From positions 5,453 through 69,452 of the forward strand of contig JASGGT010000001.1 of the NCBI GenBank assembly GCA_047602655.1: a DNA stretch of 64,000 nt. Direction: 5' to 3'. Positions within the stretch are counted from its first letter, which is position 1. Every line of letters starts with the position of its first letter. This DNA comes from Desulfovibrio sp. Its GTDB lineage: Bacteria; Desulfobacterota; Desulfovibrionia; Desulfovibrionales; Desulfovibrionaceae. Shown here piece after piece: positions 44,170-53,779 of this stretch. Position numbers and translations under genes: made by a program. The notes below the pieces were generated by a model, which did no database searches, was not told the DNA's origin, and saw nothing but the letters and a program-made list of their open reading frames with translations.

Positions 44170-45216
44170 ATGCAAGACACAAGCGCTGCAATCGCATCCC
44201 TGAAAAAACAGCTTGGCGCGAATCTGTGTATAATGGGGCACCACTACCAGAACGACAACGTGGTGCGCCACTGCGACATCACCGGCGATTCGCTGGAGCT
44301 TGCCCGCCGCGTTCCCGGCATTGACGCGGCCCACATTGTTTTTTGCGGCGTCTATTTTATGGGTGAATCTGCCGCTCTGCTGGCAAAACCCGGCCAGAGC
44401 GTGCACCTGCCCAGCCTGGACGCGGACTGCCTCATGTCGCGCATGACGCCGGCCCCCCTGGCCCGCAAGGTGCTGGAGCAGCTTGCTGCCACAGGCCGCA
44501 AGATCATTCCGCTGGCATACGTCAACACCGATCTGGCCCTCAAGGCCGTGGTGGGCGAATTCGGCGGCGCGGTCTGCACTTCCGCCAATGCCAAAACCAT
44601 GCTGCGCTGGGCGCTGGATCAGGGCGACGGCGTGCTCTTTCTGCCCGACAGGCATCTGGGCAACAATACCGCCGAAACTTTGGGTATCAGCCAGGATGAC
44701 CGCCATGTGCTGCGTGTAGGCGCTGCGGGGCTGGTACAGCCAGAAACCCAGCCCCTTGACCGCACGCTGCTGCTCTGGCCCGGCTGTTGCGCCATCCACG
44801 CACGCTTTGAACCCGATGATGTGGAGGCCATCCGCGCCGAATACCCCGGCTGCCGCGTCATCGCCCACCCCGAATGCAGGCAGGAAGTCATTGAAGCCTG
44901 CGACGGCGCGGGTTCCACGTCATATCTCATCAAGGAGGCGGCCCGCGTAGCCGCCGAAGAACCGGGCACGACCCTTATTGTCGGCACGGAAAATAACCTT
45001 GTGCACCGTCTGGCCGAGCGCCACGCGGGCCAGTGCCGCATCCTGCCGCTGGGCCATGCCATTTGCGGCAACATGGCCAAGGTTACGGAAAAGAAGCTTC
45101 TGGCCACGCTGCAAAACATCGCCGCCGGAGCAGCGTCGCCTCTGCATATTGAGGAGAACCTCTGCCCCCCCGCCCGTCTCTCCCTAACCCGCATGCTTGA
45201 AGCCTGCGGTAACTGA
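44170..45216 (+). CDS. nadA: quinolinate synthase
   Basis: MGHHYQ, FCGVYFMGESA, VNT and HPEC motifs. Start set at ATG 44170 after GAGGA. Confidence 0.9.
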   Translation: MQDTSAAIASLKKQLGANLCIMGHHYQNDNVVRHCDITGDSLELARRVPGIDAAHIVFCGVYFMGESAALLAKPGQSVHLPSLDADCLMSRMTPAPLARKVLEQLAATGRKIIPLAYVNTDLALKAVVGEFGGAVCTSANAKTMLRWALDQGDGVLFLPDRHLGNNTAETLGISQDDRHVLRVGAAGLVQPETQPLDRTLLLWPGCCAIHARFEPDDVEAIRAEYPGCRVIAHPECRQEVIEACDGAGSTSYLIKEAARVAAEEPGTTLIVGTENNLVHRLAERHAGQCRILPLGHAICGNMAKVTEKKLLATLQNIAAGAASPLHIEENLCPPARLSLTRMLEACGN

Positions 45217-45226
45217 GGTTTGCGCC

Positions 45227-46825
45227 GTGAATTCTATTCGCCGTCATGTGCCCGTGCTGATCATCGGCTCGGGCGTTGCCGGATGTACCGCTGCACTTAC
45301 CCTTGCCGACTCCGGCTGCGACGTTCTCCTGCTCAACGCGGGAGACAGGCTGGCTGACGGCAACTCCGAACTCGCCCAGGGCGGCATCATCTATCAGGCA
45401 AACCCCACGCCAGAACATCCCTCGGACGCGCCAGCGCTGGAAAAGGATATTCTGGTTGCAGGGCACAACTATAATTACAACAAGGCTGTCAGTTTTCTGT
45501 GCGCGCAAGGCCCGCTGTGCGTGGATGAGGTGCTCATCAAACGCGCCCAGGTACCCTTTGACCGCAATGAGGACGGCACGTTCAACCTCACGCGCGAGGG
45601 CGGGCATTTCACCCAGCGTATTCTGCACTGCGCCGACTTTTCGGGCAGGGCAATCATGGAGGGCCTCACCGCCCAGGTGCTGGCCCATCCGCGCATCACA
45701 CGGCTGCACCGCCGCGCCGCCATCGACCTTCTGACCAGCCACCACCACGCCAAGGCCTCGCAGTACCGTTACGAAGTGCGCAACCGCTGCCTTGGCGCGT
45801 ACGTGCTCAATGAAGAAACCGGCGAGACGGAGACCATCCTCGCGGACTGGACAGTGCTTGCCACCGGCGGCGTGGGGCAGGTCTTTCTGCACTCCACAAA
45901 CGCGCCCGGCTGCGTGGGTACTGGCATGTCCATGGCCTTTCGTGCGGGCGTTGACCTTGCCAACCTCGAGTTCATGCAGTTCCACCCAACCGCGCTGTAC
46001 GAAGAACGCAGCAACCGCCGCTCGCTCATTACCGAGGCCATGCGCGGCGAGGGCGCGCGTCTGCTTGACAGCAAGGGCCGCGCCTTCATGCTCGACCACG
46101 ACCCCAGAGGCGATCTGGCCCCGCGTGACGTGGTGGCCCAGGCCATGATGGACGAAATGCTGCACACCGGCGCGCCCTGCCTGTATCTGGATGTGAGCGG
46201 CGTGGAACAGGACGTGCCCACGCGCTTTCCTACCGTATACGAAAAGTGCCGCGAGGCCGGCATCGACATTCTCAAGGAACCCATCCCCGTGGTGCCAGCC
46301 GCCCACTATTTCTGCGGCGGCGTGCTCACAGACGTGCATGGCCGCACCTCGCTGCACGGGCTCTACGCCATCGGCGAATGCGCCTGCACCGGCCTGCACG
46401 GGGCCAACCGTCTTGCCAGCACCTCCCTGCTTGAGGCATTGGTATGGGGCGTGAGCAGCGGCAAGGATCTGGCCCACCGCGTTGTGGCCGAAAGCGGCCT
46501 GCCCAAGGCTCTTGCCGCCGCCATCCCCGACTGGAAACACGAGGGAGATGAACGCAGGGACGACCCGGCCCTTGTGGCCCAGGACTGGGCAAACATCCGC
46601 AATACCATGTGGAACTATGTGGGCATTGCCCGCACAGAGGCGCGCCTGCGCCGCGCCTTTGAAGACATGCGCGACCTTGTGCGGCATATCCACGACTTTT
46701 ACAAGCGCACGCGTATATCGCGGCGGCTGGTGGATCTTTTCCACGGCTCGCAGACCTCGTACATCATTACGCAGGCCGCGTTGCGCAACAAGGTAAGTAT
46801 TGGCTGCCACCACCGGGTAGATTAA
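45227..46825 (+). CDS. nadB: L-aspartate oxidase
   Basis: VLIIGSGVAGCTAAL FAD fold, AQGGI, RGEGA and HYFCGGV. Probable GTG start at 45227, 8 nt after GAGG. The track start at 45197 is TTG and overlaps nadA. Confidence 0.88.
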   Translation: MNSIRRHVPVLIIGSGVAGCTAALTLADSGCDVLLLNAGDRLADGNSELAQGGIIYQANPTPEHPSDAPALEKDILVAGHNYNYNKAVSFLCAQGPLCVDEVLIKRAQVPFDRNEDGTFNLTREGGHFTQRILHCADFSGRAIMEGLTAQVLAHPRITRLHRRAAIDLLTSHHHAKASQYRYEVRNRCLGAYVLNEETGETETILADWTVLATGGVGQVFLHSTNAPGCVGTGMSMAFRAGVDLANLEFMQFHPTALYEERSNRRSLITEAMRGEGARLLDSKGRAFMLDHDPRGDLAPRDVVAQAMMDEMLHTGAPCLYLDVSGVEQDVPTRFPTVYEKCREAGIDILKEPIPVVPAAHYFCGGVLTDVHGRTSLHGLYAIGECACTGLHGANRLASTSLLEALVWGVSSGKDLAHRVVAESGLPKALAAAIPDWKHEGDERRDDPALVAQDWANIRNTMWNYVGIARTEARLRRAFEDMRDLVRHIHDFYKRTRISRRLVDLFHGSQTSYIITQAALRNKVSIGCHHRVD

Positions 46826-46948
46826 AGTGCATGTCGGCACGGCCCCTGACTGAACACGTTTTAGCAAAATCGGCTGGATACCTGCGGTGCGCGGCGCATG
46901 CCCGCACTGCGGTCTGGTCGCTGAAGTTTTGAAGCTGGAGAAACCTGA

Positions 46949-48499
46949 ATGAAAAAAGCATATTTGCCAGCCGCCGTGGTTATTCTGATCGCGGCGGGTT
47001 TTCTGGGTCTGTTTTTCGGCCTGAGTCCCCTGGTGGAGGGGCAGGTGCAGAGGGGCATCCAGAGCATCGGCATCTCCGGCGACGGCATATCCACGCAGGC
47101 TGCGGTGGACAGGGTGGAATTTTCTCCCCTGTCGCGCACCCTGACCCTGTATGGCCTGCGCCTGCGCGGTGAAACGCCCCAGGGGCCACTTGCGTATGAA
47201 GTGGCGGAGGTTTCGCTGCGTATTCCCCTGCGTATGCTGCTGGCCTATACCCCCTTGCGGCCCATAGTGCTGAAAGATGTGGGCATGATGCCCGTGGCCG
47301 AAAACATCGTGGTGCGCAATCTGGCCCTGCGCACGCCCGAGGCCCGAGGCTCGGTGCAGCGCGAAGAAATTGACGAACTGCGCAGCCAGAGCGAGCTTGT
47401 GGCCCGTTTTCTTGACGGCGCCCCCATTGACGCGCTGGCCGCCACGTACCTCATGAGCGCAGACAAGGCGCACAGCTTTTTCCTGAGCGTCAGTCTTCCC
47501 GGCAAGGAAGGCCTGACTCAGCTGACCATTAAAGAATCACTGATCCGGGGTTGGGACGGCGCTTCCGTCGAGCATATGCGCATTGAAGACATGCAGAGCC
47601 GCCTTGATGGGCACGAGAGCATGCGCATGGCGAGCTTTGAAGCCAACGGCCTCACCCTGCCGGAGCTGGGCCTGCTGCACCGCCTTATGGACGCAGCCGC
47701 CATGAGCGAAAGCGATATGGATGCAGCCGTTAAGGCCCTTGGCCCAGTTGTGGAAGAAATCCTTGCTGCCGACCCGCCCCTTGTGCGGCAGGTGCGTGCC
47801 TCGGGCATGACCTTTGCCGTGGAAAACGGCAGCGTGACTGTCGGCAACGTGGGTTTTGACTGGCTTTCCAACTCGCCGCGCCACACAACCAGCTTTATTC
47901 GCGATCTTGCGGCCTCCAAAAGCCTGCTTGAAGAGGCATCCGGCCTTGCCATGCCCGCGCTCAAGGCCAACATGACCTTTGAAAGCCTTGCCCTGAGCAC
48001 CGCCTCGCACAGAAAAACCATGTCCATCAAGGCCGAAGGCCTCGCTGACGTGGACTGTTCGTTCACCCTCTACGATGCCGGAATCATCAGCACAAGCGAA
48101 CAGGCCCTGCTGCTGCAAAGCTTCAGCGATCTGCGCCTTGCCGTGAAAGATCATGGGGCTCTGGCCTGGGTTGGCCTCAACCTTTCCCACGACGGACGTG
48201 CAGCGGCCACGGCCTTGCACCAGACCCTGGACAAGGGGCTGGATCTCGCCCCCACCCAGCAGAACAACGCCATCCGTCAGGCCCTGCTGACCTTTGTGCA
48301 GCGCCCCGGCCAGCTTGAAGCCACCAGCGCCAAAGGCCAGCGCATAGGCATTCTGCAAATGCTGGCCGCCCTGAACGACCCCGGATCGCTGTTTACCTGC
48401 ACCGCAGTTCCCGGCCAGAAAACGCTGGAAGAGCAGATCAACGCCCTTGCGGCGCAAACCGCCAAAACATCCGCACCCGCCGAAGCAGCGGGAAAGTAG
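46949..48499 (+). CDS. membrane-anchored protein of unknown function
   Basis: 516 aa with an N-terminal anchor (MKKAYLPAAVVILIAAGFLGLFFGL) and coding-like third-position GC. I recognise no motif. Confidence 0.6.
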   Translation: MKKAYLPAAVVILIAAGFLGLFFGLSPLVEGQVQRGIQSIGISGDGISTQAAVDRVEFSPLSRTLTLYGLRLRGETPQGPLAYEVAEVSLRIPLRMLLAYTPLRPIVLKDVGMMPVAENIVVRNLALRTPEARGSVQREEIDELRSQSELVARFLDGAPIDALAATYLMSADKAHSFFLSVSLPGKEGLTQLTIKESLIRGWDGASVEHMRIEDMQSRLDGHESMRMASFEANGLTLPELGLLHRLMDAAAMSESDMDAAVKALGPVVEEILAADPPLVRQVRASGMTFAVENGSVTVGNVGFDWLSNSPRHTTSFIRDLAASKSLLEEASGLAMPALKANMTFESLALSTASHRKTMSIKAEGLADVDCSFTLYDAGIISTSEQALLLQSFSDLRLAVKDHGALAWVGLNLSHDGRAAATALHQTLDKGLDLAPTQQNNAIRQALLTFVQRPGQLEATSAKGQRIGILQMLAALNDPGSLFTCTAVPGQKTLEEQINALAAQTAKTSAPAEAAGK

Positions 48500-48502
48500 C
48501 AT

Positions 48503-49684
48503 ATGCGCAAACTCTGTCTCAAAAAAAATGAAGATCGGCGTCTGCGCGCCGGGCACCTCTGGATTTTTGCCAATGAGGTGGACGTAAAACAAAGCCCTCT
48601 CACCGACTTTGCCCCCGGCGAAGCCGCAACCCTGTGCGACTGGCGCGGCGCGCCCCTTGGCAGCGTGTGCGTCAATCCGGCTTCGCTTATCTGCGCCCGC
48701 CTGCACAGCCGCAAACCTGATGTGGAGCTGGACGAAGCCCTGCTGGCCCAAAGGCTGGAATCGGCACTGGCCCTGCGCCAACGCCTCTACCCCGGCCCAT
48801 GGTACCGCCTTTGCCACGGCGAGGGCGACTTTTTGCCCGGTCTGGTCATTGACCGCTATGGCGACCACCTGACCGTGCAGGTCACCACTGCGGGCATGGA
48901 GCAAAGGCGCGAGGCGCTCACAGCCGCCCTGCACACGCTGCTGCATCCCACGTCCATTCTCTGGGCCAACGATCTTGCCGCGCGCGGGCTTGAAAACCTC
49001 TCCCGCGAGCAGCAGAGCGAAGGCCAGTTGCCCGAAAGGCTGGAAGTGCCGGAAAACGGCTGCCGCTTTTTCACGCCCTGCGCCACAGGCCAGAAAACGG
49101 GCTGGTTTTACGACCAGCGCCCCAACAGGGCGGAACTGGCGCGCTACGCCAAGGATGCCGACGTGCTGGATATTTTCAGTTATGTTGGCGGGTTCGGCGT
49201 TACCGCAGCGGCTGCGGGCGCGCGCTCCGTCACCTTTGTGGACGCCTCGGCCCAGGCGCTCGCCTTTGCGGAAGAAAACGCCAGGGCCAACGCCCCCGGC
49301 TGTGAAGCCCAGACCCTGTGCGGCGACGCCTTTGACCTGCTGCGCCAGATGCGCGACGAGGGCCGCCGTTTTCAGGCCATCAGCCTTGATCCCCCGGCCT
49401 TCATCAAGCGCCGCAAGGACGCGGCCCTCGGGCTGGCGGCGTACCGTCAGGCCAATGATCTGGCGGTGCAGCTGCTGGCGCCGGGGGGCATACTTGCCAC
49501 CTCGTCCTGTTCGCACCATCTTGAAACGCAGTCTCTGCGCGCCTGCTTGACGCAGGCCGCCGCCAAGCGCAAACTGCATGCCCGTATTCTTTTTGCCGGG
49601 GGCCAGGGGCCGGATCATCCCATCCACGCCGCCATGCCCGAAACGGCCTATCTTAAGTGCTTTATCGCCCAAGTGGGCGCGTAA
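48503..49684 (+). CDS. class I SAM-dependent rRNA methyltransferase with an N-terminal PUA-like domain (RlmI/YwbD-like)
   Basis: RRLRAGHLWIFANEV N-terminus, TGWFYDQR, and SAM motif VLDIFSYVGGFG...DPPAF. Confidence 0.75.
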   Translation: MRKLCLKKNEDRRLRAGHLWIFANEVDVKQSPLTDFAPGEAATLCDWRGAPLGSVCVNPASLICARLHSRKPDVELDEALLAQRLESALALRQRLYPGPWYRLCHGEGDFLPGLVIDRYGDHLTVQVTTAGMEQRREALTAALHTLLHPTSILWANDLAARGLENLSREQQSEGQLPERLEVPENGCRFFTPCATGQKTGWFYDQRPNRAELARYAKDADVLDIFSYVGGFGVTAAAAGARSVTFVDASAQALAFAEENARANAPGCEAQTLCGDAFDLLRQMRDEGRRFQAISLDPPAFIKRRKDAALGLAAYRQANDLAVQLLAPGGILATSSCSHHLETQSLRACLTQAAAKRKLHARILFAGGQGPDHPIHAAMPETAYLKCFIAQVGA

Positions 49685-49699
49685 CTAGAAGGATTTGAC

Positions 49700-50884
49700 A
49701 TGCTGAACAAAGTCCGCCTGCTCACCCCTGGCCCCACGCCTCTGCCGGAGCGCGTACGTCTTGTGCTTGCCAAAGACATGATCCACCACCGCAAAAGCGA
49801 ATTCAAGGCCGTGATGGGCCGGGTTCAGGAGCGCCTGCGCGTGCTGTTCGGCACGGGCGATGTGGTGCTGCCCTTGTCCTGTTCCGGTACGGGCGCCATG
49901 ACGGCGGCGGTGTACAGTCTGTTTACCCCCGGTCAGCGCGTGCTGGTGGTTGAGGGCGGCAAGTTTGGCCAGCGCTGGCGCGAGATCGCTGTTTCGCGCG
50001 GGCTTGAAGTCACCACTCTTGAAGTGCCGTGGGGCGAAGCCGTTGACCCGCAGGCTGTAGCGACGGCCCTCAAGGCCGACCCGGGCATCGCGGCGGTGCT
50101 TATCCAGCACTCCGAAACCTCCACCGGCGTCCTGCACCCTGTGGAAGAAGTGGCCCGCATCACCCGCGATACCGACACCCTGCTGCTGGTGGACGGCATC
50201 TCAGCCGTGAGCCTCGCGCCCTGCCCCATGGACGAGTGGGGTATCGACTGCCTTGTCACCGGTTCGCAAAAAGGCCTCATGCTGCCCCCCGGCCTTGCGC
50301 TGCTGGCGCTCTCGCCCCGCGCATGGAAAAGGGCCGAAAGCGTCACGCCCGGCTGCTTCTATTTCAACCTGCCCAAGGAACGGGCCAAGATCGCTCAGGG
50401 GCAGACCCTGTTCACCTCTGCGGTGAACCTTGTGGTGGGCCTGGACGAAAGCCTTGAAATGCTGCTGGAAAACGGACTTGAAGCCATTTACGCCAAGCAG
50501 TGGGCGCTGACCATGCTGGCCCGCACAGGTGTTGCCGCCATGGGCCTTGAGCTTTACGCCAAAACCCACTTTGCCTGGGGCATCACCAGCGTCATGCTGC
50601 CTGCTGGCGTTGACGGCACCGAGGTGCTGCGCATCGCCATGGACAAATACGGTGTGTGCATGGCTGGCGGGCAGGATCACATGAAGGGCCGCATGGTGCG
50701 CATAGGCCATATGGGCTGGGTGGACTGGGCCGATCTGGTGGCCGGGCTGCACGCCCTGAACCGGGGCATCATTGAGGCGGGTGGACACTGCGGCGCGCGT
50801 GATTATCTTGAAGAAGCGCTGGCGGCCTACCGCACCGCCCTGGCCGGCAAGCCGGGCGAACCGCTGCCCCTGATCCACAGCTAG
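49700..50884 (+). CDS. class V aminotransferase (serine-pyruvate / alanine-glyoxylate type)
   Basis: LLTPGPTPLPERV..., GSQKGLMLPPGLA (PLP-lysine region), 394 aa. Confidence 0.8.
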   Translation: MLNKVRLLTPGPTPLPERVRLVLAKDMIHHRKSEFKAVMGRVQERLRVLFGTGDVVLPLSCSGTGAMTAAVYSLFTPGQRVLVVEGGKFGQRWREIAVSRGLEVTTLEVPWGEAVDPQAVATALKADPGIAAVLIQHSETSTGVLHPVEEVARITRDTDTLLLVDGISAVSLAPCPMDEWGIDCLVTGSQKGLMLPPGLALLALSPRAWKRAESVTPGCFYFNLPKERAKIAQGQTLFTSAVNLVVGLDESLEMLLENGLEAIYAKQWALTMLARTGVAAMGLELYAKTHFAWGITSVMLPAGVDGTEVLRIAMDKYGVCMAGGQDHMKGRMVRIGHMGWVDWADLVAGLHALNRGIIEAGGHCGARDYLEEALAAYRTALAGKPGEPLPLIHS

Positions 50885-51027
50885 GCAGCCGCCCTTGCCC
50901 CTGCCATGAGGGGCCGCGCGCGCAACGGGCGCAAGGCCTTGCGCTGGCGGTGAAAGCTTGTATGTTGGACGCAGGCATTTGGCGCAAACTGCTGTTACCG
51001 TAACCGTTTACGTGCCACGAGGTCGCC

Positions 51028-51342
51028 ATGAGTGACAATAACTGCGGCTGCAAGGCCGATGGCCCCATGCCGGAAGTGACGTTTTCGACCTTTATCATTT
51101 CGCTGGCGTCATCGGCTCTGGTGCATCTGGGCGAAGTGCCCAATCCCGAAACCGGCGGTACGGAAACAAGCCTGCCGCTGGCAAAGCACAGCATTGACGT
51201 GCTGGAAATGCTGCGCGCCAAGACCGAAAACGGGCTGGAAGAACAGGAGCGAAAGCTGCTGGAAAGCATCCTCTACGAGCTGCGCATGAAGTTCGTCATG
51301 AAGTGCGGCCCGGACTGCGCCTGTCAGTCAAAAAAAGCCTAA
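51028..51342 (+). CDS. DUF1844 domain protein
   Basis: FSTFIISLASSALVHLGEVPNPETG...LPLAKHSIDVLEMLRAKTENGL is typical of DUF1844. Confidence 0.7.
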   Translation: MSDNNCGCKADGPMPEVTFSTFIISLASSALVHLGEVPNPETGGTETSLPLAKHSIDVLEMLRAKTENGLEEQERKLLESILYELRMKFVMKCGPDCACQSKKA

Positions 51343-51436
51343 GGCACTGCAGTGCGGCACAAGCAGCGACAATCTGCCGTCTGCGAGACGCGGCCCCGTC
51401 ACTACCATTGACCATAGTTTCCAAAGGATCGGCGGC

Positions 51437-52492
51437 ATGAAGACAATCAATGTGGGTCTGGTGGGCATTACCGGCTACGCGGGCATGGAGCTGACGCGGC
51501 TTCTCGTGAGCCATCCTTCCATGCAGCTTACCATGGCCTGTTCGCGGGCGGAATCCGGCAAGCGGCTGGGGGATTTCTATCCTTTTCTGAACCACATGCC
51601 CGGCGCGGATGTGGTCATCAGCGTTTTTGACCCGCAGGAAGCCGCCCGCCAGTGCGATGTGGTCTTTCTTGCCGTGCCCGCAGGCACAGCCATGGACATG
51701 GCTGAAATGCTGCTGCGCGCCGGGGTGAAGGTTGTTGACCTCTCGGCGGATTTCCGCCTGCGCGACCCCGAAACCTATGCCACATGGTACAAGCGCGAGC
51801 ACGTGTGCACCGATCTGCTGCACAAGGCCGTGTACGGCCTGCCCGAGCTGTATGCCGCTGAAATCGCGGGGGCCAAGCTTATCGCCAACCCCGGCTGTTA
51901 CCCCACCTCGGTGATTCTGGGCCTGTACGCCGCCATCAGGAATGATCTCGTCCATACCGACGACATCGTGGTGGACGCCAAATCCGGGGCCACCGGCGCT
52001 GGCCGCAAGGCAGCCGTGCCTACGCTGTTCTGCGAAGTTTCCGACAATTTCCGCGCCTACGGCCTGCCCACGCACCGCCACACGCCGGAAATCGAGCAGG
52101 AGCTCAGCCTGCTGGCGGGCCACGACATGCGGATTTCGTTCAACACGCATATCCTGCCCACCAACAGGGGCATTCTTTCCACCATTTACACCAAGCTCAA
52201 AAATCCCGGCATCAGCCTGGACGAAGTGCGCGAGGTCTTTACCCGCACGTGGGAACACAGCCCGTGGGTTCGCATTTTGCCCAAGGGGGCTCTGCCCGAA
52301 ACCCGTTTTGTGCGCGGCAGCATGTTCTGCGATCTTGGTCTTGTGGTAGACCCCCGTACAGGACGCCTCATCATCATTTCCGCCATCGACAATCTGTGCA
52401 GGGGCGCATCCGGTCAGGCCATGGCCAACGCCAACCTCATGTGCGGGCTGCCGGTAGAAACGGGCCTCAATACTTTGGCCCCGCTGGCCTAG
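51437..52492 (+). CDS. argC: N-acetyl-gamma-glutamyl-phosphate reductase
   Basis: VGITGYAGMEL, NPGCYPTS active-site Cys, ISAIDNLCRGASGQA. Confidence 0.92.
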   Translation: MKTINVGLVGITGYAGMELTRLLVSHPSMQLTMACSRAESGKRLGDFYPFLNHMPGADVVISVFDPQEAARQCDVVFLAVPAGTAMDMAEMLLRAGVKVVDLSADFRLRDPETYATWYKREHVCTDLLHKAVYGLPELYAAEIAGAKLIANPGCYPTSVILGLYAAIRNDLVHTDDIVVDAKSGATGAGRKAAVPTLFCEVSDNFRAYGLPTHRHTPEIEQELSLLAGHDMRISFNTHILPTNRGILSTIYTKLKNPGISLDEVREVFTRTWEHSPWVRILPKGALPETRFVRGSMFCDLGLVVDPRTGRLIIISAIDNLCRGASGQAMANANLMCGLPVETGLNTLAPLA

Positions 52493-52628
52493 GGCCTGTT
52501 GACGCATACTATTATTCAGGGCCCGGCAGAAAGGCTTTTTATTCCTGCTGCATGCGGCACGTGCGCGGCATCGGTAAAAAGCCTTTCTCCTTGCCGGAAC
52601 CGCCGGTCATGGCCGAACACCTGCCCCG
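52490..52628 (+). mobile_element. MITE-like element, copy 3 (degenerate)
   Basis: Starts with TAGGGCCTGTTGACGC, and its TAG is the argC stop. Shares CAGAAAGGCTTTTTATTCC...AAAAAGCCTTTCTCCTTGCC with copies 1 and 2. The right end is decayed. Confidence 0.55.
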
Positions 52629-52687
52629 GAGAATGCCGCCAGAGTTTTGCCCGCCGGTCACACGCGGGCCGCAAAAAAGGAATGCCC

Positions 52688-53779
52688 ATGCAACTGGAAA
52701 CCGCCTTTCAGAAACCGCAACTGTGCCACAGCCTTCTTGATCGCCTCAACCGCGCCCTTGATGGTCGCACAATGCGCTTCATGGAGGTGTGCGGCACCCA
52801 TACAGTTGCCATCTTCCAGAGCGGCCTGCGCTCGCTCCTGCCCAAGTCGGTAACGCACCTTTCCGGTCCCGGCTGCCCCGTCTGCGTCACGCACGATGCG
52901 GAAGTAGCGGCCTTTCTTGAGCTTGCGGGCCGAGACCGCGTCATCATAGCCACCTTTGGCGACCTTTTGCGCGTGCCCGGCCCCGGCGGCCTCAGCCTTA
53001 AACACGCCCAGGCTCAAGGCGCGCGGGTTGAGATTGTCTATTCCCCGCTGGACGCCCTGACCCTTGCGACGGCCAACCCCGGCGATACGGTGGTCTTTCT
53101 GGGCATCGGCTTTGAAACCACCGCCCCCACCGTGGCAGCCACACTGCTCACAGCACAGCAGCGCGGGTTGAACAACTTCTGCGTGCTCTCCCTGCACAAG
53201 CTTGTGCCCCCCGCCCTGCGCATCCTGCTTGAAGACAGCCAGTGCGGCGTGGAAGCCTTTTTGCTGCCGGGGCACGTTTCCACCATTCTTGGGCTGGAAC
53301 CCTACGCCTTTCTGGCGCGTGATTTTCATGTGCCCGGCATCGTGGGCGGCTTCCAGCCCGCCGACATTCTGCTGGCCCTCTGCCTCATGGCCGAACAGAT
53401 GCGCGATGACAAGCCCGATGTGGTCAATGCCTACCCCCGCGCCGTGGACGACACGGGCAACCCCCGCGCCCGCGCCCTGCTGGAACAGTTTTTCCAACCG
53501 GCGGACGCCCTGTGGCGCGGCATAGGCCGCATACCCCAGAGCGGCCTGACCCTGCGCCCGGAATATGAGAGCATGGACGCCATGAAGCGCCTTGACCTCA
53601 CCCTGCCGGACGTTCCCCCCCTGCCCGGCTGTCGCTGCGGCGATGTGCTCAAGGGGCGCATTACCCCGCCGGACTGCCCGCTTTTCGGCAAGCGCTGCAC
53701 CCCCGCCAATCCTGTTGGCCCCTGTATGGTTTCCACCGAGGGCAGCTGCGCGGCCTACTTTAAATATTCGGAGCGATAA
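52688..53779 (+). CDS. hypD: hydrogenase maturation protein HypD
   Basis: FMEVCGTHT, GPGCPVCV and GFETTAP motifs. Start at ATG 52688 after AAGGA, giving 363 aa. The track ORF begins at 52499 inside the MITE. Confidence 0.9.
   Translation: MQLETAFQKPQLCHSLLDRLNRALDGRTMRFMEVCGTHTVAIFQSGLRSLLPKSVTHLSGPGCPVCVTHDAEVAAFLELAGRDRVIIATFGDLLRVPGPGGLSLKHAQAQGARVEIVYSPLDALTLATANPGDTVVFLGIGFETTAPTVAATLLTAQQRGLNNFCVLSLHKLVPPALRILLEDSQCGVEAFLLPGHVSTILGLEPYAFLARDFHVPGIVGGFQPADILLALCLMAEQMRDDKPDVVNAYPRAVDDTGNPRARALLEQFFQPADALWRGIGRIPQSGLTLRPEYESMDAMKRLDLTLPDVPPLPGCRCGDVLKGRITPPDCPLFGKRCTPANPVGPCMVSTEGSCAAYFKYSER

Noticed and set aside
45083-47473. 796-aa minus-strand ORF
   Set aside because: It is antisense to nadB and to the 5' part of the 516-aa gene and crosses an intergenic region. 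Its composition is an artefact of high GC.
47537-49672. 711-aa minus-strand ORF
   Set aside because: It is antisense to the 516-aa gene and the RlmI-like gene. It has no recognisable domain and its composition is Gly/Ala/Arg-dominated.
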